A stretch of DNA of 64,000 bases, taken from assembly GCA_039801085.1 (NCBI GenBank), contig JBDRTY010000001.1, positions 236,354 through 300,353 on the forward strand. The letters run 5' to 3'. The DNA is from a candidate division WOR-3 bacterium (GTDB taxonomy: Bacteria > Hydrothermota > Tepidihabitantia > Tepidihabitantales > Tepidihabitantaceae). How positions within the stretch are numbered: position 1 is the stretch's first letter; each line of letters opens with the position of its first letter. A program made the translations under genes and the position numbers. Shown here piece by piece: positions 56,161 through 64,000 of the stretch. Under the pieces are notes generated by a model, which did no database searches, was not told the DNA's origin, and saw only the letters and a program-made list of their open reading frames with translations.

Positions 56161-56811
56161 ATGAAAGTATATGCAAAGATGTTTTGGGGTTTGTTAGTGG
56201 TTTTGTTCCCGGTTTACGCACAATCCCGAATCGATACATTAGCTGTTCCTTTCGATTCTTTAATGGATTATCGGGTAACAGTTGACGGCTATATAGATGC
56301 AGAAGATAATGAATATCCCGCAAGTTTCCGTGATCCGGCAACAGGGATTACTGTTTACTGGGGGCACGATGATAGCCTCGTTTATGTAGGCATGGAGGCA
56401 AAGGGGAAAGGCTGGCTGGCGATCGGATTCGGCTCTCCGGTAATGAGCGGGTCCAATATGATAATTGGCCTTTATTCGGACGATTCACTGGCGGTATTTA
56501 ATCATATCGGAGGAGAAAGAGGTCATCGTGCAGTTAGTGGTGACATCGGTCTGATTGAAGACTGGGAGATTGACTATGACGATGAAACCAATACTGTGGT
56601 AATGGAATTTGTTTATCCCTTGCGCTGGCGGGGACTGGAAGGGACCGCAGTCAAGTCTCTTGAACCAGGCAATGTCTATGACTTCATACTTGCCCGTAAT
56701 CCCCGTAGTATCTCGCTCAAGTCAAAGCACGCGCAGAAGTCGCACCGGGTGTTCAGAATTGAAGCAGGTCTGATTCCGCAGGATTCTACATTGTCTCCAA
56801 AGGGTAACTGA
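56161..56811 (+). CDS. Secreted DOMON-domain protein
   Basis: Signal peptide; GWLAIGFG..MSGSNMIIG DOMON pattern; AGGAG RBS; promoter TTGACT-17-TATTAT at 56114-56142. Confidence 0.7.
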   Translation: MKVYAKMFWGLLVVLFPVYAQSRIDTLAVPFDSLMDYRVTVDGYIDAEDNEYPASFRDPATGITVYWGHDDSLVYVGMEAKGKGWLAIGFGSPVMSGSNMIIGLYSDDSLAVFNHIGGERGHRAVSGDIGLIEDWEIDYDDETNTVVMEFVYPLRWRGLEGTAVKSLEPGNVYDFILARNPRSISLKSKHAQKSHRVFRIEAGLIPQDSTLSPKGN

Positions 56812-56858
56812 TTATACTGCTGACACTTACGATTTGCACATTATTCTGCATTTCGGAG

Positions 56859-57566
56859 GTGGATTTTTCCCGATTGCACGCTGATTCAATTGACGCTGAT
56901 GTTGTGCTGGTAGTTCATTTCGGGGGGTGGGGCAATGTCCCGCTGATGCTGGCCAGTGAGTTCGTGCCGTTAGTCTTGGGTGTTGAACGTTGTCTTCAGA
57001 GGCGCGGGTTCCGCACGCTCATTGCATCCTATCATCGTGCACCTGCTGATTTCCCCGATCCCCCGGATCTGGGTGTGCAGCTGGCAGTTTTGACCGAGAT
57101 GTTCGGGTTTCATAAAACCCGGGTGCGCAGGTTTGCAGTGCTGCTGGAAACGCTGGCGGTAAGAAATCCCGATGTTCATTTCATCCTGTTGGGTCAGTCG
57201 AATGGTGCAATCTTTGTTGATGATGCAATTAAATTGCTGTCTTCACGTTTTGACCGGCGGGTGGCAGGTATTGTTGTCGGAATGCCGTTCTGGAAGCACG
57301 CCAGTGGTTGTGAGAATATACTCTATCTTGATAATGACGGGGATGATGAGTTGACAACGGGTGAGGTTGGCGAGATTTTCGGCACGGTATTGCAGCGGCT
57401 TTATCAACGGATGGCAGCAGCCTTGGGTTTCAGAATCCGGGAATATGAGCGGATATGGTATCTGCCAGGCCATGATTATGAGTGGCAGCGGGTGGAACCG
57501 GAAGTAACAGCATTCCTTGATCGTCTCCCGTTAAAGAAGCCGAAGGCTTCATCCGTTGACAATTAG
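56859..57566 (+). CDS. Hypothetical alpha/beta-hydrolase-fold protein
   Basis: GQSNG nucleophile elbow after FILL strand; late PGHDY His. Confidence 0.55.
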   Translation: MDFSRLHADSIDADVVLVVHFGGWGNVPLMLASEFVPLVLGVERCLQRRGFRTLIASYHRAPADFPDPPDLGVQLAVLTEMFGFHKTRVRRFAVLLETLAVRNPDVHFILLGQSNGAIFVDDAIKLLSSRFDRRVAGIVVGMPFWKHASGCENILYLDNDGDDELTTGEVGEIFGTVLQRLYQRMAAALGFRIREYERIWYLPGHDYEWQRVEPEVTAFLDRLPLKKPKASSVDN

Positions 57567-57626
57567 AATCTGTTTGATAAATTTTGAGATTGTGGTGATG
57601 ACAACAGTTGATAAAAAGGAGGAGTT

Positions 57627-59090
57627 ATGCACACCCGGTCAGGTATGCTGATGTTGCTAATTGCCGGATTACTGATATTTACCGGTTGTCCTAAACCACC
57701 ATTACAGCCAGAAACACCGCATGGGTCAGAGATTGTATTTCAGAATACGGTTTATTCGTGCACGACGCTAACCTCTGATCCCGCGGGCTTAAAAGTGGCA
57801 TATCAGTTTGACTGGGGAGATGGCGTGAGGTCAGAATGGTCCAGCTGGGTTGAAAGCGGTACGCCCTATGCCGACACTCATACCTATGTGCAAAGCGGTG
57901 AAGTCAGTATCGTGGTCCGGGCTAAGAACACTAAGGGCAGGATTTCGAGCTGGTCCGAGCCGCTGGTAGTTAATGTCAGCCCGGGTGAGGGCAATGTGCT
58001 CTGGAAATTCGGTTATTATGATCCTGAGGAACCGGAGGATTCGGCTGATTTTACCAATCATACTTTTGCCATTGGTCCGGAAGGACAGATTTATATCGGT
58101 TCCGGCGATATTTGCGCGCTACTCTGTCGAAAAGCCAACGGTGCCCGGCGTTGGGAGTTCATTGACCCGGAGGAGGAGGAGTTCTCTTCTGCACCGGCGA
58201 TCGCCGAGGACGGCACAATTTATGCCGGAACCGAAGGAGGAAAGTTCTACGCACTGACATCATCCGGGACCAAAAAGTGGGAAATTGATTTTCGTTCCGC
58301 CATACTGACCGCGCCGGCAATCGGTGCCGATGGAACAGTTTACATTCAACCCGAGGACGATACAGTTTATGCAATTGACCCTGCTAATGGCGCCCGGAAG
58401 TGGACGTTTTATGCCGGCGGCGGAGTGCGGTCACCAGTGATCGGTGCTGACGGAACGGTTTATATTTCTCAGGATGATACCCTGTTTGCGCTGGATCCGG
58501 CTAATGGCAGTATCAAATGGCGCTATGGTATGAGGCAGGCGATCGCAGTTTCACCGGCAGTTGACGCCAGCCGTAATGTGCTGTATGTCATGGATGAAGA
58601 TGGGTGGCTGGCATCTGTAAACCTCGCGGACGGCAGTGAAAACTGGCAGGTCTGGATCAGTGGTGACGCCACAGCCCCGGTGATAGATGAGAATGGGAGA
58701 GTCTATATCACCGGCGGGGGACGGCTGCATGCAATAAATCCGGTAAATGGGGCTGTTGAGTGGGACTGGGTTGCTCCGGTTTTGGAGGAAATGACGATGC
58801 CGGCGGTATCAAGTGAAGGGGTAATCTACTTCCTGGTGTTCTCTTCGGCGGTAACCGGCGCAACTGATACGCTGTATGCGGTGAACCGGGATGGCAGTCG
58901 GCGCTGGGCAGTAGGGTTAGCATCCGGAACACCCTTGGATTTCGTATCTGCCCCCAAAATTGATTCCCGGGGACTGGTGTATATCGGTGACGGAACAAGA
59001 GCCTGGTGTGTGGTGGGCAAGGGTGGTCCGGCAGCTTCATCCTGGCCTATGTTTCAGGCGGATATCAGAAATTCAGGACGGGCACGGTAA
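57627..59090 (+). CDS. Lipoprotein with PKD-like domain and PQQ-type beta-propeller (BamB-like repeats)
   Basis: Lipobox IFTGC, FDWGDG, repeated PAIGADGTVY...LYA.D...G..KW blades. Confidence 0.8.
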   Translation: MHTRSGMLMLLIAGLLIFTGCPKPPLQPETPHGSEIVFQNTVYSCTTLTSDPAGLKVAYQFDWGDGVRSEWSSWVESGTPYADTHTYVQSGEVSIVVRAKNTKGRISSWSEPLVVNVSPGEGNVLWKFGYYDPEEPEDSADFTNHTFAIGPEGQIYIGSGDICALLCRKANGARRWEFIDPEEEEFSSAPAIAEDGTIYAGTEGGKFYALTSSGTKKWEIDFRSAILTAPAIGADGTVYIQPEDDTVYAIDPANGARKWTFYAGGGVRSPVIGADGTVYISQDDTLFALDPANGSIKWRYGMRQAIAVSPAVDASRNVLYVMDEDGWLASVNLADGSENWQVWISGDATAPVIDENGRVYITGGGRLHAINPVNGAVEWDWVAPVLEEMTMPAVSSEGVIYFLVFSSAVTGATDTLYAVNRDGSRRWAVGLASGTPLDFVSAPKIDSRGLVYIGDGTRAWCVVGKGGPAASSWPMFQADIRNSGRAR

Positions 59091-59104
59091 ACCGGGAATA
59101 GGAT

Positions 59105-62086
59105 ATGGATAATCGGGTGCCTTCCAACTCACCACCGAAAACAGTTTTTCAGCCAGTACCGTCTCAGCCGGACTATCAGGAAATTCAGCGCCGGATTCTG
59201 AAATTTTGGGAGCAGGGCCGGCATTTTTACCGGCTGATGGCACGGAACCGCGGTAATCCGAAATTCAAGTTTCTTGACGGTCCGATTACAGCCAACGGTC
59301 CGATGGGGGTGCATCATGCCTGGGGCAGAACCTACAAGGATCTCTTCCAGCGATACAAAGCGATGCAGGGTTTTGATCAGCGCTTCCAGAACGGTTTTGA
59401 CTGTCAGGGGCTCTGGGTTGAGGTAGAGGTAGAAAAGGAGCTGGGTTTCAAGTCCAAGCGGGACATTGAGAAGTTCGGGATCGACCGGTTTGTGGAGAAA
59501 TGCAAGGAGCGGGTGCTGCGTTTCTCCCGGATTCAGACTCAGCAGTCAATTCTGATTGGACAGTGGATGGACTGGGAGAATTCATATTATACCATGTCGG
59601 AAGAAAACAACTACTCCATCTGGTATTTTCTCAAGGAGTGTCATCGCCGCGGGTTGATTTATGAGGGGACCGATGTCATGCCCTGGTGTGCCCGGTGCGG
59701 GACTGCGATTTCTGATATGGAGATCGCCACCGAGGGCTACCGGGAACTGACTCATCCGGCAGTTTATGTTAAATTCCCTCTTATTGAAAGAGAAGGTGAA
59801 AGTCTGCTGGTCTGGACGACGACCCCCTGGACTCTGAGTTCCAATACCGGGGCTGCGGTTCATCCGGATCTGACCTATGTCCGGGCAAAACTCGGGGATG
59901 AGGTGCTGATCCTGGCGCAGGATCGACTGGCGGTGCTGGGCACTGATTTCCGGGTGCTTGAAGAGGTTCCCGGTTCGGAACTTGCCGGGCTGAAGTATCG
60001 TGGTCCTTTTGACGAACTGCCTGCTCAGCAGGGTGTCGAGCACCGGGTTGTTCTCTGGGAGGATGTCAGTGCTAATGAAGGTACGGGTATTGTGCACATC
60101 GCACCCGGATGCGGCAAGGAGGATTTTCTTCTGGGAAAGGAGCAGGGGCTGGCGGTAATTGCTCCGCTGCTGGAAGACGGCACATTCCAAGAGGGATTTG
60201 ACTGGCTGACCGGCAGGTTTGCGGGGGAAGTTGCACCCGATATTTTTGAAAACTTACGGAGCAAGGGACTGCTTTTCCGCGTTGAGGATTATACTCACCG
60301 CTATCCGGTCTGCTGGCGTTGCGGTCAGGAGCTGGTCTTCCGGCTCGTTGATGAGTGGTTCATCCGGATGGATCCGTTGCGGGAGGAGATAATGAATTCG
60401 GCACGACAGGTGCGCTGGATTCCTGAGTTCGGGTTGGACCGTGAACTGGACTGGTTGCGCAATATGTCCGACTGGTGCATCTCCAAGAAGCGTTACTGGG
60501 GTCTGGCGCTGCCGATTTTCAAATGCGGCTGTGGCTGGTTTGATGTCATCGGCTCACGGGATGAGCTGAGACAGCGGGCAATAGCCGGCTGGGAACGGTT
60601 TGAGGGTCACACACCTCACCGTCCGTGGGTCGATGAGGTGAAAATTGCCTGCCCCCAATGTGGCAGTGCAGTTTCCCGGATTAAGGATGTCGGTAACCCC
60701 TGGCTGGATGCAGGGATTGTGCCCTTTTCTACGACCCATTATTTGAGCGACCGTCAATACTGGCAGGAGTGGTTTCCATTTGATTTTATCACCGAATCGT
60801 TTCCAGGACAGTTCCGAAACTGGTTCTATGCGATTCTGGCGATGAGTACGGTGCTGGAAAAATGTTCACCTTTCAAGACGGTGCTGGGCTATGCGACGAT
60901 GAAGGCGGAGGACGGACGGGAGATGCATAAATCGTGGGGAAATGCGATTGAGGTTGAGGAGGCGGTTGAGAAGATGGGGGCGGATGTGATGCGCTGGGTA
61001 TTTGCCCGTCACAACCCGGTTCAGAATCTGCTTTTCGGTTTCAAAGTTGGGCAGGAGGTCCGACGCAAACTGCTGACCTTCTGGAATGTTTACGGATTTT
61101 TTGTCACCTATGCCAACATTGATCAGATCAATCCGGTGAAACTTCGGGTTGAGCCGGATGACCTGACTCTCCTGGATCGCTGGATTCTATCCCGCCTGAA
61201 TTCGGTGGTGAAGCTGGCACGCAACCGGCTTGATGATTACGACTGTATGAGTGTGGCACTGGCAGTTGAGGATTTTATTGAGGATCTGTCCACCTGGTAT
61301 GTACGCCGGAACCGGCGGCGCTTCTGGAAATCGGCCGAAGACCGGGATAAAGCAGCTGCCTACTATACACTCTATCAGTGTATAGTGACGCTGATCAAGC
61401 TGGTGGCGCCGATCATGCCATTCATAACTGAGGATATATATCAGAATCTCGTCCGGAGCTGTGATGCCGATGCCCCGGATAGCATCCATCTGTGTTTTTA
61501 CCCCGAACCGGATGAGAAAATGATCAACCTGGAACTGGAGCGGGAGATGAAGATGGTCCGGGCGCTGGTTTCCCTTGGTCATGCGGCGCGGGAAAAGGCA
61601 CAGATCAAGGTTCGTCAACCTCTTTCCCGGATGATCGTGAGTATGAAATCAGCCGGCAGCCGGGACTGGTTGCTCCCATACGCTGACATCATCCGGGATG
61701 AGCTCAATATCCGGGAGCTTCAGTTTGCCGACTCTGATGAGCTGCCCGGTGCGGGACTGATAATTCAGGAGGATGAGAATTTTGCCATCGGGCTGGATAC
61801 CAGTTTAACTCCGGAGCTGGAGTATGAAGGTATTGCCCGGGAACTGGTGCGCAAGATTCAGAATATGCGCAAATCCGCCGGGTTTGAAGTCGTCGACCGG
61901 ATTGCACTCAGCTGCCAGTGTGCGGGTAAACTGGAGGCCGCGATCCGGATGTTTTCCGACTATATCCGTCAGGAAACTCTTGCGCAGGATATCACTTTTG
62001 CACCACTGGCGGATTATGACTCGGTCGCCGAGTTTGCCATCAATAACTGTCCCATCCGGGTGGAAATAAAGAGAGAGAGGAAGTAA
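59105..62086 (+). CDS. ileS: Isoleucyl-tRNA synthetase, type 2
   Basis: DGPITANG, WTTTPWTL, GTGIVHIAPG, DWCISKKRYWG, FPGQFRNWF; HIGH variant GVHH and KMSKS variant EMHKS. Confidence 0.96.
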   Translation: MDNRVPSNSPPKTVFQPVPSQPDYQEIQRRILKFWEQGRHFYRLMARNRGNPKFKFLDGPITANGPMGVHHAWGRTYKDLFQRYKAMQGFDQRFQNGFDCQGLWVEVEVEKELGFKSKRDIEKFGIDRFVEKCKERVLRFSRIQTQQSILIGQWMDWENSYYTMSEENNYSIWYFLKECHRRGLIYEGTDVMPWCARCGTAISDMEIATEGYRELTHPAVYVKFPLIEREGESLLVWTTTPWTLSSNTGAAVHPDLTYVRAKLGDEVLILAQDRLAVLGTDFRVLEEVPGSELAGLKYRGPFDELPAQQGVEHRVVLWEDVSANEGTGIVHIAPGCGKEDFLLGKEQGLAVIAPLLEDGTFQEGFDWLTGRFAGEVAPDIFENLRSKGLLFRVEDYTHRYPVCWRCGQELVFRLVDEWFIRMDPLREEIMNSARQVRWIPEFGLDRELDWLRNMSDWCISKKRYWGLALPIFKCGCGWFDVIGSRDELRQRAIAGWERFEGHTPHRPWVDEVKIACPQCGSAVSRIKDVGNPWLDAGIVPFSTTHYLSDRQYWQEWFPFDFITESFPGQFRNWFYAILAMSTVLEKCSPFKTVLGYATMKAEDGREMHKSWGNAIEVEEAVEKMGADVMRWVFARHNPVQNLLFGFKVGQEVRRKLLTFWNVYGFFVTYANIDQINPVKLRVEPDDLTLLDRWILSRLNSVVKLARNRLDDYDCMSVALAVEDFIEDLSTWYVRRNRRRFWKSAEDRDKAAAYYTLYQCIVTLIKLVAPIMPFITEDIYQNLVRSCDADAPDSIHLCFYPEPDEKMINLELEREMKMVRALVSLGHAAREKAQIKVRQPLSRMIVSMKSAGSRDWLLPYADIIRDELNIRELQFADSDELPGAGLIIQEDENFAIGLDTSLTPELEYEGIARELVRKIQNMRKSAGFEVVDRIALSCQCAGKLEAAIRMFSDYIRQETLAQDITFAPLADYDSVAEFAINNCPIRVEIKRERK

Positions 62087-62478
62087 TGGCACAAAAGAAA
62101 CAGAGAGCCGGTTCTCCCCTGAGCAAAAAGGACCTGCTGCGGCTGGAAAAGGCACTGCTGGAGGAGAAACAGCGGGTGCTCCGTCAGAGCAGTTTCACTC
62201 AGCAGGTTATGGACACACCTGCTGCTGCCGGTGATCTTTCCAGCCATCGCACCCATGTTGCTGATCAGGGGACGGAAAACTACCAGCGGGAACTGGCATC
62301 CCAGCTTAAGTCAATTGAGTCCGATGCCCTGCGGGAGATTGACGCTGCCCTGGACCGGATTGCCCGTGGAACCTACGGAATCTGCGAGCGCTGTGGTGAG
62401 CCGATACCACTGGCACGCCTGGAAGTGATACCCTATGCCCGGCTGTGTATGAAGTGTCTGAAAAGTCGGCAGAGTTAA
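62086..62478 (+). CDS. TraR/DksA C4-type zinc-finger protein
   Basis: Coiled coil with HVADQGT tip; GTYGICERC...RLEVIPYARLCMKC. Confidence 0.9.
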   Translation: MAQKKQRAGSPLSKKDLLRLEKALLEEKQRVLRQSSFTQQVMDTPAAAGDLSSHRTHVADQGTENYQRELASQLKSIESDALREIDAALDRIARGTYGICERCGEPIPLARLEVIPYARLCMKCLKSRQS

Positions 62479-63254
62479 ACCCCGAATTCATACCGAGGCA
62501 GCGGACTGACACTGCCCGGTCGGATCGCCGGTGGGAGCGGAATATCCGTCTGACAATTGAGTTTGACGGCACCGCCTATGCCGGGTGGCAAATTCAATCC
62601 AACTGCCAGACGGTGCAGGGCATGCTTACCGCAGCTGTTGAGGCGGTTCTGGGTACAAAGGTTGTAATCCATGGCTGCAGCCGGACCGATGCAGGGGTGT
62701 CGGCGCGGAACTATGTGGCTAATTTCCGCTGTCCGGTAAAAATGCCGGTTGAGCGTATTCCACCGGCACTTAATCACCACCTGCCCGATGATATTTTTGT
62801 TAAAGATGCTGAAGTCGTTGCCGACGATTTTCACGCCCGTTACAGTGCCCGGGGAAAGGTTTATTCCTATTACATTGTCTGCGGGCGGTCGCCGTTAAGG
62901 CGCCGGTTTGCCTGGGAATATACGGGCAGAATTGATATCGAAAGACTGAAAAACTGTCGGCAGCTGTTTCTGGGTACCAGCGATTTCAGCCGGTTCTGCT
63001 ATGACCGTTCGGGCGGTGGCTGGTGCACGGTGCGGTCAATTACAGTCCAGCAGCGTCACGATGAGCTGGTCGTAACCGTGCGGGGTGACCGGTTTCTCTA
63101 TAAGATGGTGCGGCGGATTGTCGGCGCACTGGTGGCGTATGCCACCGGCAGAATCACTAAAAGGGATATCCGAGCCGCACTGAACGGCAGAAAGCACCGT
63201 CCTTTCGTCACCGCACCCGCGTGCGGTCTGATCCTCGAACGGGTGATTTATTGA
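62445..63254 (+). CDS. truA: tRNA pseudouridine(38-40) synthase
   Basis: IEFDGTAYAGWQ, SRTDAGVSA, FHARYSA, FLYKMVRRIVG, APACGL; start uncertain. Confidence 0.93.
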   Translation: MYEVSEKSAELNPEFIPRQRTDTARSDRRWERNIRLTIEFDGTAYAGWQIQSNCQTVQGMLTAAVEAVLGTKVVIHGCSRTDAGVSARNYVANFRCPVKMPVERIPPALNHHLPDDIFVKDAEVVADDFHARYSARGKVYSYYIVCGRSPLRRRFAWEYTGRIDIERLKNCRQLFLGTSDFSRFCYDRSGGGWCTVRSITVQQRHDELVVTVRGDRFLYKMVRRIVGALVAYATGRITKRDIRAALNGRKHRPFVTAPACGLILERVIY

Positions 63255-63273
63255 TAGCTGACCTGCAGATCTG

Positions 63274-64000
63274 TTACTGCTGCCGGTAGCGCCGGGCGGC
63301 ATCATCCAGAGCCTGTTTCGGAGTTTTTGCTCCCAGTGTCGCCGCCTCCAGTTCTTCCACCAGCGCTTTTCTGCCGGCAAGCCACTTCAAGCCCCGGGGC
63401 TCGAAAACTCCGTATTCGAGCTGCCGGTAGGCGGCAAGCAGTCCCGGCGTGGTGGCAAAGCGCTCCTGAAGTTGCGGATCGTCAAGACAGGAACGGTGAA
63501 TCGGCACATACCACGTGCCCAGCGACCATTTTACCTGCTGTTTCGGAGCAATGAACCATTTGATAAACCGCCAAGCCGCCTTTTTTTCTGCCGGTGAAGC
63601 CTTCTTGAACATGCCGATGTTTGTGCCATAGATGATGGCGGCGGGTTTACCTTCCACCGGAATCGGTGCCATGCCGACGGGAAATTTTTCCTGTCCGGCA
63701 ATCGGGGCGCGCCAGGTGGAGCTGCCGGTGATGGTGGCGATTCTGCCGACAAGAAATTCTTCCATCGGGTTTCTGCCGGTGGCAGTAGTCTGGATACTGT
63801 CCCGGAATATCAGGTCAAGCTGAAAGGAAAGCACCTCAACGCCGAGCGGGCTGTTGAATTCCGGTTCGCCATCCTCCTGGCTGAGAAATCTGCCGCCGCG
63901 CTGGAGGAGCATGGAACCGAAAATCCAGATATCGGTACCGTTGGCGGTTGCCCAAGTTGCGATCGTGCCGTCAGGATTCCGGCGCAGCAGTTTCCGGCAC
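63274..64000 (-). CDS. ABC transporter extracellular solute-binding protein, family 1 (5' part outside the window)
   Basis: The frame stays open to the window edge; GTNIGMFKK...AAWRFIKWF...W...TWYVP pattern of sugar-binding proteins. Confidence 0.8.
   Translation of the reverse strand, partial: CRKLLRRNPDGTIATWATANGTDIWIFGSMLLQRGGRFLSQEDGEPEFNSPLGVEVLSFQLDLIFRDSIQTTATGRNPMEEFLVGRIATITGSSTWRAPIAGQEKFPVGMAPIPVEGKPAAIIYGTNIGMFKKASPAEKKAAWRFIKWFIAPKQQVKWSLGTWYVPIHRSCLDDPQLQERFATTPGLLAAYRQLEYGVFEPRGLKWLAGRKALVEELEAATLGAKTPKQALDDAARRYRQQ

Noticed and set aside
62445-62540. Possible frameshift at the truA start (GTGGGAG; one G fewer would give MERNIRL)
   Set aside because: An in-frame ATG at 62445 exists, so no repair is needed; cannot be resolved without reads.
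1-64000. tRNA, rRNA, tmRNA, RNase P, riboswitches and IS elements
   Set aside because: I inspected all intergenic gaps and recognised no cloverleaf, hallmark motif, transposase or terminal inverted repeat. An Infernal scan would be needed to exclude divergent RNAs.

Overview
Bacterial chromosomal window, mostly densely coding and GC-rich, with no rRNA, tRNA, CRISPR array or transposase that I could recognise. Gene content (several proteins ending in T9SS type-A-like C-terminal domains, PorV/FadL-like barrels, Kelch-propeller proteins) suggests an anaerobic diderm of the FCB-related group such as candidate division WOR-3; this is inference only. Left to right: purF (partial); a LexA/UmuD-hybrid plus Y-family polymerase cassette with a perfect GAAC-N4-GTTC operator inside a consensus promoter; a PflX-like radical SAM gene; uvrB; a two-gene locus broken by homopolymer frameshifts and a stop; an htrA-purB-acyl-CoA dehydrogenase-DUF362 operon; four secreted CTD proteins including a C25-like protease; a PlpD-like patatin-barrel; mnmG with a QueG-like gene; a PorV-like barrel / HhH barrel / barrel / 5'-nucleotidase / RecJ / RlmI operon; a 13-kb heterodisulfide-reductase cluster (HdrC, HdrB, three HdrA paralogues, MvhD, FdhB-like, tandem HdrC); archease; iscS; lspA; a zinc-ribbon/nuclease-fold protein; an Ig-fused Na/Pi transporter; DOMON, hydrolase and PQQ-propeller genes; ileS with a GVHH motif; a DksA/TraR gene; truA; and a partial ABC solute-binding protein. 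Across the window, at least nine genes have a sigma70-like -10 hexamer only 5-7 nt before the start codon, which points to widespread leaderless mRNAs.
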